Assembly: GCA_918797485.1 (NCBI GenBank)
Contig: CAKKNE010000004.1
Coordinates: 2,976,001-3,040,000 of the forward strand
Direction of reading: 5' to 3'
Origin: Pelagomonas calceolata
Taxonomy: Eukaryota
Length of the DNA stretch: 64,000 nt
Shown: positions 21,459-31,100 of the stretch, piece by piece
How the letters are laid out: each line of letters starts with the position of its first letter
How positions within the stretch are numbered: the first letter of the stretch is position 1
Program-made: the position numbers and the translations under genes
The notes under the pieces: model-generated
What the model saw: the letters and a program-made list of their open reading frames with translations, nothing else
What the model was told of the DNA's origin: nothing
Databases searched by the model: none

Positions 21459-22751
21459 ATGCTGCGCACCGCTCTCCGGCTCGCACCACGCTTGACGCTC
21501 GTCGCTGCGACAGCAGCGAGCTGCCAGGACGATCCCTACAAAACGCTCGGGCTCGACCGCAACGCCACTCAAGACGACATAAGGCGCGCGTATAAAAAAC
21601 GGGCCGCGAAGGCGCATCCCGACCACGGCGGCGACGCCGAGGAGTTCAAACGTCTCGCGGCGGCCTACGCGACGCTGGGCGATGAAGAAAAACGCAAGCG
21701 GTACGACGCCGGAGGTTTTGACTTCAGCGGCAGCCAGTCGCAGGGTTTCCCGGCCGGCGGCGCGTCGGACTTCGGCGACGCGTTCCGGCTCTTCGAGGAG
21801 ATGTTCGGCGCAGGCTTCGCGGGCGGGCCGCAGCAACGGCGCCGGCGGCCGCGCGTCGTGCCGCGCGAGGTCAGGCTCAAGCTGTCGCTCGCCGACCTGT
21901 TCGAGGGCGGGTCCTTTTCTGTTAAAGTGCCGCGCACGGTCGCGTGTTCAAGTTGCAAGGGCCGCGGTGGCACGGTCCAGACCTGTTCGAGTTGCCAGGG
22001 CCGCGGCGTGACGGTCGTGGACCGACGGTTCGGCGGGTCCGTCGTGCGCACGCAACGGGCCTGCGATAGTTGTGGCGGCGCCGGCGAGACCCTCGTGGAC
22101 CGGTGTTCCAAGTGTCGCGGCGAGGGCGTCGTCAAGGAGCCGGGGCACTCGATCAATGTGAAAATTCCGCCGAACGCGCGCGACGGCTACGCGACGACGC
22201 AAAAGGGCGCGGGCGACGACGTCTTCTACGACGGCGGCCACGTGCGGCGCGACGTCACGGTTGTAGTCGAGGAGGAATCGCATGCTGAGTTACAGCGCGT
22301 GGGCTCTGACTTAGTGTGCGCGAAGCGCGTGCCTCTGTTAGACGCGCTGACGGGCTTTGCGATCGACGTGCCCACTGTGCAACGCGAAGATAAACGAGGA
22401 AAGGCCTTCGTCGTGCGGGCCGACGCCGGCGACCTGCCCGTGGCGCCCGACGACGTCTGGATCCTGAAGGGCGAGGGCATGCGCGACGCCTCGGGCAGGC
22501 GCGGCGATTTACTCATTCGGTTTGTCGTCGAGTTTCCGAAGACGCTGCCTGACGAAGACGACCGCCGCGGGCGCCTCGCTCCACTCTTGGGCGGGAGCTC
22601 GTCGGCACCCCTGCCGCCGTCGAAAAGAGGCCTCTTTGGCGGCCTGTTCGGCGGTGGATCCGGTGGTGGCGCGGACGAGGGCGCCGTGGCGCGGCGGGCG
22701 CCGAAGGCGCGCGTTGAGGATCTTTATCGGCGGCGGCGCGCGGCGCGCTAG
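21459..22751 (+). CDS. Type I DnaJ/Hsp40 chaperone
   Basis: J domain with HPD, G/F-rich region, four CxxCxGxG repeats, C-terminal substrate-binding domain. Confidence 0.92.
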   Translation: MLRTALRLAPRLTLVAATAASCQDDPYKTLGLDRNATQDDIRRAYKKRAAKAHPDHGGDAEEFKRLAAAYATLGDEEKRKRYDAGGFDFSGSQSQGFPAGGASDFGDAFRLFEEMFGAGFAGGPQQRRRRPRVVPREVRLKLSLADLFEGGSFSVKVPRTVACSSCKGRGGTVQTCSSCQGRGVTVVDRRFGGSVVRTQRACDSCGGAGETLVDRCSKCRGEGVVKEPGHSINVKIPPNARDGYATTQKGAGDDVFYDGGHVRRDVTVVVEEESHAELQRVGSDLVCAKRVPLLDALTGFAIDVPTVQREDKRGKAFVVRADAGDLPVAPDDVWILKGEGMRDASGRRGDLLIRFVVEFPKTLPDEDDRRGRLAPLLGGSSSAPLPPSKRGLFGGLFGGGSGGGADEGAVARRAPKARVEDLYRRRRAAR

Positions 22752-22820
22752 TAGTTTTTGTTGTCTAATTCTGTTTTGGTGTCTTATTTGTCGCCATAGC
22801 TATTGTTGCGCTAGCATTTG

Positions 22821-22887
22821 GCTAGCATCCGTGAGACACTAGCAAGCAAAAAGCTTTAGGTGGGCTAGCGGCCTGTAAGACACTAGC
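22821..22887 (+). promoter_or_regulatory. Two tandem CTAG box copies (22821-43, 22864-87)
   Basis: GCTAGCATCCGTGAGACACTAGC and GCTAGCGGCCTGTAAGACACTAGC, each followed by AAGCAAAAAGCT. Confidence 0.7.
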
Positions 22888-23134
22888 AAGCAAAAAGCTC
22901 AAGCACCACCACGCCAGACTCGCCCACAGTCGCTCGCATCATTGCCAGTTTTGTAGTGCAGCCATCCGTACCGCTCTCATTCATCGCTGTGACAATTGTC
23001 TTTGCATCAACCCATCCGTAAGGTGCTCATCAACCACAGCACTCAGTCAGACTGCAACAAGTACAAAACAGCGTGCACCAGTCAGCACTGCAAGCTTACA
23101 GCACGGATAGACTCAACACACATATATCATCAAT

Positions 23135-23635
23135 ATGCGCCATCTTGCATTATTCATCGGCGCCGCCGCAGCATTTGCACCGCCGCATGCCGTCGTCGCG
23201 CGCCAGGCGTGTGTCGTGCACAATGGTGACGAGTGCACTCATGAGGGAGTTGATGCCTACGCGGCGGTGCAGTTCGAGTCGACGAAGCCGTCGCTGCGGA
23301 CGTTCTTGAAGCTCTGGCTCATGGGAGGACCGGTCCGAGGCTGGCGCGGCGTCGGCGAGTTGAAGGCTGTCCAGGACGACTCCGGCGCGACGGCCGAGAT
23401 CTTCGTCGAGCCGGAGACGAATAGAGTAGGCCTAATCGCCGATGATGGCGGCGGCATGGAGCTCGGGAAGACCGTGCAGTTGTCCGTGCTCGCCCACGCG
23501 CTGTACGACGAGCTGAAGGACATCGCGGGCGGGCCCGAGGTCGCCGAGGTCGAGCCCGCGAACCGGTTGTGCTATCCTCCGTCCGCGGTCGACGCAACGA
23601 GGGAGCAGCTTCCGCTGCCGCAGAGGCCTGAATAA
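23135..23635 (+). CDS. Hypothetical plastid-targeted protein
   Basis: MRHLALFIGAAAA-FAP matches the heterokont bipartite plastid-targeting motif. Confidence 0.65.
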   Translation: MRHLALFIGAAAAFAPPHAVVARQACVVHNGDECTHEGVDAYAAVQFESTKPSLRTFLKLWLMGGPVRGWRGVGELKAVQDDSGATAEIFVEPETNRVGLIADDGGGMELGKTVQLSVLAHALYDELKDIAGGPEVAEVEPANRLCYPPSAVDATREQLPLPQRPE

Positions 23636-23646
23636 CAGTTAAATAC

Positions 23647-24930
23647 TTACGAGCTAATGAACTCCAACAGCACATCCGCGACTTCCTGGGGCCGTTCGTC
23701 GAGAGGCAGGTGACCCGTGTCGGCGATCGTCCGCGCCTCCGCTCCTAACAGATCCGCCACCGTTGCAGTAGCAGAAGCGGGAACGATGCGGTCGACGTCG
23801 CCCGTCACGGTCAGAAATCTTGCACTCCCTTTCGCTCGCTCGATCAGCGCGCGACCGGTCTCGGCTTCGGACGCGCGCTCGGCGCGGTAGTGGCGTAAGA
23901 GCCCGACGTCCCAGGCTTCGAGCTCCAGCGGCTCGGTGTACTTGGCCACGCATCGTCTGATCCTGTGTGATGAGTCGCGTTGATGGCGTTTCCTGACCCC
24001 CGCTCGCCGGTTGAATTTAGAATAGGACGCTGGAACATACGTCTTCTCGTGCTCCGGAGCGCCCATGCGCGGATGCATTTGCCCCAAGACAGCTTCTGTG
24101 AAGTTTCGATCATCCGCAATGCGTCGCGCGGTGGGCAGCGCGAAGGCGTCTGGAAGGGCCAAGAGCGTCCCGAACGCAGCGTTCCGCGCTTCAGTTTCGG
24201 CGCGATTCCTGAGCGACTCGGGCAGAGCGTCGGGCAGATCCAGGAGCGGCGGCGCGTCGAAGTCGGCGTAGGCTTCGGGATCCTCCCGCGGATCCAAGAC
24301 AGCCGGCGCGATCAACGCGCAGCCCTTCACCGCATGCCCGCGCGGCAGCACGAGGTCGGAACACGCCCGCAGCGCGTACGGTCCGCCCGCGCTGTGGCCA
24401 ATGACGTAGACGTCGCGTTCTCGCGGCGCGAGGCGCCGCCGCAGCAGCGTCGAGAGGGCCTTCAGCTGGAACTCGGGCGCGTAGGGGTCGCCTCGGAATC
24501 CGGCAAGCGTCCAGGGTAAGCTCGGCGCCAGCGTTTCGGGCCGCCGGAGGCCCGAAGCGATCGCCGCGCGCGCCTCGGGCAGCAGCCCGCCCGCGAGGTA
24601 CTGCGGACCACCGCCTCCTTCGAGCGACGCGGCGAGCGTGGCGCTGCCCGGGAGCTTTGGCGGCGCTGGCAGCGACGCCGGAGCAGGTCGTTCTGTTAGG
24701 CCGAACGCGACGCGGTCAACGCCAATACAGCGCACATTTTTAGCTGCGAGCAGCGGAGCCACGTCCTCGAAGCTCGCAGCAGAGCCCGCGAAGCCGTGGA
24801 AGAAAATCGCGAGTGGGCCGTCCGTCTCGCCGCTGTCGCGGACGTGGTGCCGGACGCCGCCGAGGTTGATAAAGCTCGATTTGAAAGCTTGGGTTGTGGC
24901 AGCGACTAGTATGATTAATGGCAAACGCAT
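23647..24930 (-). CDS. Alpha/beta hydrolase with signal peptide; probable in-frame intron 23963-24040
   Basis: FFHGFAGS, DRVAFG, GHSAGG nucleophile elbow, GDVDRIVP, TGHLPLDERP. Confidence 0.85.
   Translation of the reverse strand: MRLPLIILVAATTQAFKSSFINLGGVRHHVRDSGETDGPLAIFFHGFAGSAASFEDVAPLLAAKNVRCIGVDRVAFGLTERPAPASLPAPPKLPGSATLAASLEGGGGPQYLAGGLLPEARAAIASGLRRPETLAPSLPWTLAGFRGDPYAPEFQLKALSTLLRRRLAPRERDVYVIGHSAGGPYALRACSDLVLPRGHAVKGCALIAPAVLDPREDPEAYADFDAPPLLDLPDALPESLRNRAETEARNAAFGTLLALPDAFALPTARRIADDRNFTEAVLGQMHPRMGAPEHEKTYVPASYSKFNRRAGVRKRHQRDSSHRIRRCVAKYTEPLELEAWDVGLLRHYRAERASEAETGRALIERAKGSARFLTVTGDVDRIVPASATATVADLLGAEARTIADTGHLPLDERPQEVADVLLEFISS
23963..24040 (-). other. Probable in-frame spliceosomal intron (GT-AG, 78 nt)
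   Basis: AC|gtatgt...cacag|G. Its translation is unlike the flanks and it carries the intronic ACGCCATCAACGCG motif. Confidence 0.65.
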
Positions 24931-25197
24931 GACTGCGCTCGAATTAATTATGCAGCGCCGACGGCGTGGCAGCTGGTCAGAGCCTGCTTAGTCAGAGCGT
25001 TTGCTGGCTCCTGGTCGCTTGCCTATGCACAGTTTTAAATTGCAGTCGAAGGAGATGAACGGCCGAGCCTCGCACTCAGCCTCCGTAAGTAGATCCACAA
25101 CTGCGCGCTTAGAGAGTCGATGCCGGCCCCGGCTGCCTATTTTTCTTACTATATGGTACCGACCCCCCTACTAATAGTAGCAGACGGTACCTTAAAA

Positions 25198-25221
25198 GCT
25201 AGTGTGTTACCGGCCGCTAGC
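25198..25221 (-). promoter_or_regulatory. CTAG box copy
   Basis: Reverse strand GCTAGCGGCCGGTAACACACTAGC. Confidence 0.7.
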
Positions 25222-25557
25222 TATCGGGCGCATCCGCGGCTCGCCTGCACTGCACTGTTTCGCTGGATATCTCGCGCCTCTGACCCGTCCCACTGCCCGC
25301 CTCGCGACGAGCTCAACTGCAAACTCCACACAGCGTCTGCAGCCGCCCCCTGGTTGCACAACCTCGCCGCTCGCCGCGGACGCGCCGGTCGCCGTAGGAC
25401 TCAAGTTAGCGGCAAGACGCTACGTCAGTCGCCGCAAGACACTGTACCCAACGCGCTATTAAAAAAACGCTCGCCGCGGACGCGACGCCGGTCGCCGCAG
25501 GACGAGACGCCGCAAGACGCTGATACACCGCCGACGGGCTAAAAAAAGCTTTTCACG

Positions 25558-26286
25558 ATGGCCCACCGCCAGCGCGGTCCCCGGAACGATGTGTTTGTCG
25601 GGAACATCGCGTTCGGCACGACGGACGAAGACATCCGCCGTATTTTTAGCGAAGTGGGAAGGGTAAAAAATGTCAGGATGGCCGTCAACTCCGAAACAGG
25701 GAAGCCGCGCGGTTTCTGCTTCGTAGAGTATGATGATGCTGCGACCGCGCTCTCCGCCATCCGCAACCTTAACGGGAGAGATGTAGGCGGCCGGGACCTG
25801 CGCGTCAACTTCTCGAACAACTCGGCTCTGGTCGACTACGCGTCGCGGGGCGGCAGCGGCCGCGAAAAAACAGGCGCGCAGCTGTCCGCCACCGATATAA
25901 CCGCGCGCTTGAGCGACCGGGAGGTGTGGGACGTCGTGAGCGAGGCGAAGCGGCTGGCCGAGGGCGACGCGGAGACGCTGGGCCGATTACTGAACGCGTC
26001 CGGCGCGCTGACCTCGGCATTTGTGGACATGCTCGGCACGCTGGGAATGGTGCCCTCGGCGAAGGGCCCGTCGGCCGCCTTCGCGCCGCAGAAGCCGGTC
26101 AGCGGCTTCTCGGCGCCCCAGCCCGACGCGATGATGCAGCAAGTCATGCAGCTCACGCCGGCGCAGCTCGCCCAATTGCCGCCGGACCGCCGCGCGAAGA
26201 TCGAGGCGCTCCGCGCCCGCATCGCGCAGGGCCTCGTGCCGGGGGCACCACCCCAGCCGACGGCTGCGGACATAAATATGCTCTAG
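25558..26286 (+). CDS. CSTF2: Cleavage stimulation factor 64 kDa subunit-like RRM protein
   Basis: VFVGNI, ETGKPRGFCFVEY, ALSAIRNLNG, hinge, and C-terminal QVMQLTPAQLAQLPP..R..I..LR. Confidence 0.85.
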   Translation: MAHRQRGPRNDVFVGNIAFGTTDEDIRRIFSEVGRVKNVRMAVNSETGKPRGFCFVEYDDAATALSAIRNLNGRDVGGRDLRVNFSNNSALVDYASRGGSGREKTGAQLSATDITARLSDREVWDVVSEAKRLAEGDAETLGRLLNASGALTSAFVDMLGTLGMVPSAKGPSAAFAPQKPVSGFSAPQPDAMMQQVMQLTPAQLAQLPPDRRAKIEALRARIAQGLVPGAPPQPTAADINML

Positions 26287-26304
26287 TCTTATGTGTCGCT
26301 CTTC

Positions 26305-27837
26305 CTAGCCATCCACGTTGAGGGTCACCGCCGCGAGGATGGCATACAGGGGCAGGTACACCCATCGGAAGAAGATGTCCACGTACTGGTCCTTGATCCA
26401 CATGTCCGCGCCCCACAGCGTCAGGCGGCCGAGGCGGCCCGCGGCGATCCGAACCTCCTTCAGGATCTTCGCCTGGGCCTCGTCGGAGACCTCGGGCGTC
26501 TCCGCGGCCTCCTCGACATCTTTCGTCTCCTGCGGCCTCTTGCGGAGGCTGTCCGTTGGGGACTGGATTTTCTTCTGGATCGCCTCTTTGGCGGCGCGCT
26601 TGTGTTCTATGGACTTGATGCCTATGCACAAATCAACCAGTGATCGGTTGTATCACTAAGCCCTGTCTCGGCGAGACACCCACACCGCCACGCCGTCGAG
26701 CAGGCGTCGCATCGATGGCGTGGAGGGTATGTTCATCCGTGGGCGGTGAAGCCGCGAACATTTGATATATGCAGTACTCTCTCTCTCTCTCTCTCTTTGA
26801 TTTATGCACTGCTCGATGCCGCACTCGGCCTCGGCCTTGTCTCTAGCCTTCTCGACGCGCGCCTCGATGCGGAAGAGCATGTTGACGAGCGCGTATTCGA
26901 ACACAGCAAATGCGCAGAACCACATCGACAGGTAGAGGAACGTTAACAACCTCACTCTATAGTCTACCTTCGGAAGCACGGCTAACACGCTATTATTGAA
27001 ATTGATGATCACGAGGAAGCAGACCACGGTGCCGCCGACGCGTGCCGGGGCCGCCGCACGCGAGATGTAGAACGACGAATAAGCGATCAGCACGAACAGG
27101 ATCGATGGGATGACGATGTAGAGCCGCCAGTACTTTGACTTGCGGTTCAGCTTCACCATGATCGTATCCTTACTGCCGTCGACGGCGTAGCTCCGCGAGA
27201 TACTTTTGAGGTCCCACTCCGGGTTTCCCGCCGGTAAATTGTACTGTGACTGCACGTCGGCCGGCATCGGCACGAGGCGCACTTCCGATTCATCATTCCG
27301 CAATTCAATCACAATGTCGCACTTCTGCTTGTCGTACGGCATCTTCTTGAAATCCATCGCGCACTTTGACGTGACGCGGCGCAGCGTCGTGTAGATCACA
27401 TGGCCGTCGCTTCGAATGGAGAATGTGTCGGCCCCGCGCGGGATGTCCGTCAAAACTTCGTTCGCGATGTAGGCCCGCGGGAGCCAGAGCTTCTCCTGCA
27501 CGACCGTGTCCGGCAGGTGAAAATGATCAACGCCGGCGCAGTCCTCGTCGAACGCGAGCCGGTAGTCGGTCCATGTGCCCCAGAAGGTCCCCGTGGTCTC
27601 CATGCGCTGCAGCCGCTGATCCACAGAGAGAAGGTACTTCAGGTCGTACGCAACCGAAGCTTCGTCGGGAGGGGCAGAAGCTTTCCCAGTAAAGGCAACA
27701 TTCGGTCGGTCCAGCTTTTGATAACCGATCGTCTCGAGATTTGCGACGAACTCGGCGGGGGTCTTGACGCATGTAAGGTTGGCCGCGGTCGCGCCGCAGA
27801 CGAGGCCCAAGGCCAGTAGGGTCGCAAATGACTTCAT
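26305..27837 (-). CDS. Pentameric ligand-gated ion channel (Cys-loop), 2 exons (27837-26820, 26621-26305)
   Basis: Signal peptide, WTDYRL, LWLP, Cys-loop CAMDFKKMPYDKQKC, M1-M3 (PARV at start of M2, LPKVDY, FEYALVN). M4 lies in exon 2 (FRWVYLPLY). Confidence 0.88.
26622..26811 (-). mobile_element. Introner element (non-autonomous TIR element forming GC-AG intron 26819-26622)
   Basis: Ends on + strand are CTATGCACAAATCAA and TTGATTTATGCACTG (imperfect TIR). TSD CTTGATGC (26614-21) / CTCGATGC (26812-19), 7 of 8 identical. Confidence 0.85.
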
Positions 27838-28024
27838 CGCGTTCGCCGAGTTTCTCTGGCCTCACCAGAGCCACACAGATGTTTCACTGGTTTTGTCGCG
27901 CGGATAGACACAATCGAAGATTCCGCGACAATCGCGAGGCAGGCTACGCCTGTACCTCGTCGGCTGAACGCGTTGTGACTCCTGGCCGTCCAGGGCTCAC
28001 ATAACAGGGCGAAGACCGAAGCGA

Positions 28025-28047
28025 GCTAGCGGCTGTAAGACACTAGC
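28025..28047 (+). promoter_or_regulatory. CTAG box copy
   Basis: GCTAGCGGCTGTAAGACACTAGC. Confidence 0.7.
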
Positions 28048-28165
28048 AAGCGCTCCCGCGCACGTCCTAGCACCGTAACAGAAAGTACCTCGCTACGGCG
28101 AGCTAAGAAACAAGAGACATCAATTCAACACCAAACTTACTCAGTGGAAGAAAATAGGTAATGAA

Positions 28166-31100
28166 TTAAGAGCCTTCGGCTCTGCGCAGCGTGCGCTCGA
28201 CCATGGCCTGGACGTTCGACGTGCGGTCGCGCGCCTGGCCGCGGCGCACGACGCGCCGCGGCCGGCCCGGCGACCTTTCTCTTGACGGCGAGCGTGTCCT
28301 AGGCTCCGGGACGTCCAAAGCCTGGATGAAGTCCGCCTTGTCCAGACAACCACTAACATCCACCCTGCGCTCGCGCGCCACGCGTTTCAACTGGGAGATG
28401 GACATGTGCCCTAAATCGTCAGCTTGGGCCACCGACCGGCGGTACATCTTCGCTCCGGGAGATTCGAGTTCATCATCAGCTCCGGACGACTCGCCTCCCG
28501 CTCTAGCGAAGGCGGCCGTCGCCCGGGCCGCGCCTCTCAACTTGGCGAGGTTCGCCGTCGCGCGCTCGCGGTTTCTGGAAGGACGCCCGCCCGAGACCAG
28601 ATTGCGCTCGGGCATCGGCGGGAGCTGGGCTCTTACCGTATGCCCGGCGGCCCGCAACCGTCGTAAGCCCCGTTGACCAGCTGTTTGTCTCAGCAATCCA
28701 GCGACCTCGTCCTCGCTCAAATTTTGTAAATCGGCGGGCGTCGACGGCCGCAAGGTCGGCGCGGGCCGCTCCTCGTCGTCCGTCGACACGGGGTGTACTG
28801 GCGGCAACCGTCCTCGACGATGGCGCTCGGCCCAAGTCCTCGCATGGGCCATCATCCTAGGAGGTAACGGCCCCGCCGGCTCGTCGCGCTTACGCGTGGC
28901 CGCGGCGAAGGCGTCCGCGGCCTCCTGGAGACCCCTTTCTCTGAGAGTGGCCTCGAGTTCCTCCGTCGTGAGCTGCGACGCGTCCGCGACGCGCGCCGCC
29001 TTGTTCGGGTGGAAGAGGTGGTGGTGCCACTTCATGTACATGATCAGTTTGCCAATGCCATACACTACCAAAAAGGCCGACGTGAACCCTATCAGCACGC
29101 AGACCACCAGAAACCCCCAGAAGCCCATGCCCCAGTACAGGTCCTCCGGCTCTTTTGTTGGAGATGCTGTTGTTGGCATATGTGTAGGTTTTGGTGAGAT
29201 GGAGGGCGCGGCCGTAGGATCAGCGGTAGGTGTCCCGGTGAACCAGTCCGGTGTGGGTATCGTGACCGTGACGTAGGCCACGTTTACAGTTTGCGGGTCC
29301 GCCGTGACTGTCATAGTGACTCCTAGATCTGTGGCAGCCTCCACAATAGCATCGTTAAACCCACCCTGATTAATGTGCTGCGTTAGATTGGTCGCGACGA
29401 GATCGTAGAGTTGCTGCACCGTCGACTCGTCGAACCCGTAGGCCTCCGCGACCACAATAATGTCGAAGGCCACGACCAGGTTGTTGGTCGACAGCCTTCG
29501 TCTTCGCGACGACGCTTGAGTCACGGAAGTGAGCGTGATCATGTCCGCTCTCGTATATTCCGAGCAGGCCGCGAGGCCCTCCTTCAGCACCATTTGTTTA
29601 TCTTCCGACGCGAGCACTTGGGCCGCGGTGTCGGAAGACGCCATGTCGACGCTCGACGAGATCTTGAGCGCTAGATCCGTCGTCGTCGGCGCTATTGTGG
29701 GAGCGTGCTTGGTTGTCGGTGCCGGGATTGGCACCCCGGAGGGTTTTGCCGTCGGCTGCGGGATGGGCACTTGTGAGGGTCTTGCCGTGGTAGGAACGGC
29801 CGATATCGTCGGCGCAGCTGACGGGTAGCGGTCGTAGACGCCGTCCTCGACGCAGAAGAAGTAGGACCCGGCACCGGAGAACTTGGGGCCGTCGTCGGTG
29901 GCCGACCGCAGCCTGACGACCGTCTCTCCGGAAAGGTCGAGGTAGTAGCAGCCGTCCTCGAGGCAGAAGTGGCCCTTTGACGCCAGGCCCCCATCATTTG
30001 TGGTTCTTGTGTAAAGGACCTCGCCTCTTACATAAGACGCACCGCTCACGACGGCCTCCTGCACCGTGTAGGCGACACCAGCTACCGACGCGTCGTATCT
30101 GTATAACGTGGACCGGTCGATCTCGCCGTCTTCATTAATACCTGCGTTGGTCGGAACGTCGAGGCGCGGCGACGGCGCGGCGGGGGCGCAGCTCGGACGA
30201 CGGCGCGTCGATGGCGTGGTATGGGAGACGGCGTCGGCGCGTCGAGACTGCGAGACGGCGTCGACCGCGCGTTGACGGCGTAGAGGGATCAGCCGAAGTC
30301 ACAAAGGGACGCCGCAAAAAACGGTCGCAGTTGTCCCAGCTCGGGAAGGCCGTCGGGACGTGCGTCGGTCGCGGCACGGGGACCTTCGACGGTACGGCCG
30401 TTGATGGCATAGGTGTCGGCAACTGTGAGGGTGCCGATGTCGGCACCGCGGTAGTAGGCACGGGCGTGGGGATGTAGGACGGCCTCGAGGAAGGTAATGA
30501 TGAGGGCGCCGCCGTGGGCACGGCCGTCGGCTGCTTCGATAAAGTAGGTTTAAACGTAGGGAAGCCGCCGAGGTCGCCGTTCGTCGAGGTAAGCTGCAAT
30601 GATTGGGGGCCCTTGGAGACGGCCGAGTTGCCCCGCACGTCGTCCAGGCGCCAGTGGGCCTCGCTGTCCAGCCCCGTCACTTCGACGTCGTAGGACCCGT
30701 CGGCAAGGCAGACCCAGTCCCGGAAGTCCACCGCCGCTTCCGTCAAGGTGCCAGACTTGACCAAAGTACTCGACTGGTGAACGGTCCACGCCGCCGCCGC
30801 TTCAGCCCAGAGGCGGAAGAGGTATTCGCCGCCAGGACACACGACCGAGGGATATAAGGTAGGCACCGCGGACGGTTGCGCCGTGGTAGGCATCGCCGAG
30901 GGTAACGGCGTGGGCATTGCCGAGGGCGCCACGTCGCTGTCGACGATGTAGACGTACACGTCCAAAGCAACGGCTTCGCCGACGAAGCCCCCTTCGCAGG
31001 TCGTAGAAGACAGTCGCAACAGGAAGACCTCGTTGATGTCCCCGTCGAAGGTTTGATCTTCCAACGCTTCCAGCGTCACTGTTTTAGTGACCTCACCACT

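Noticed and set aside
22821..22895. Tandem CTAG boxes as a CRISPR-like array
   Set aside because: Only two units, eukaryotic context, no cas genes, and the other copies are dispersed singly.
28166..30064. Independent 632-aa gene
   Set aside because: Starts at GTG with no signal peptide. An in-frame acceptor at 30142 links it to the giant ORF.
30326..30327. Non-canonical GA donor for the giant-gene intron
   Set aside because: It would put exon 2 out of frame and hit a stop; the phase-1 GT and GC donors both work.
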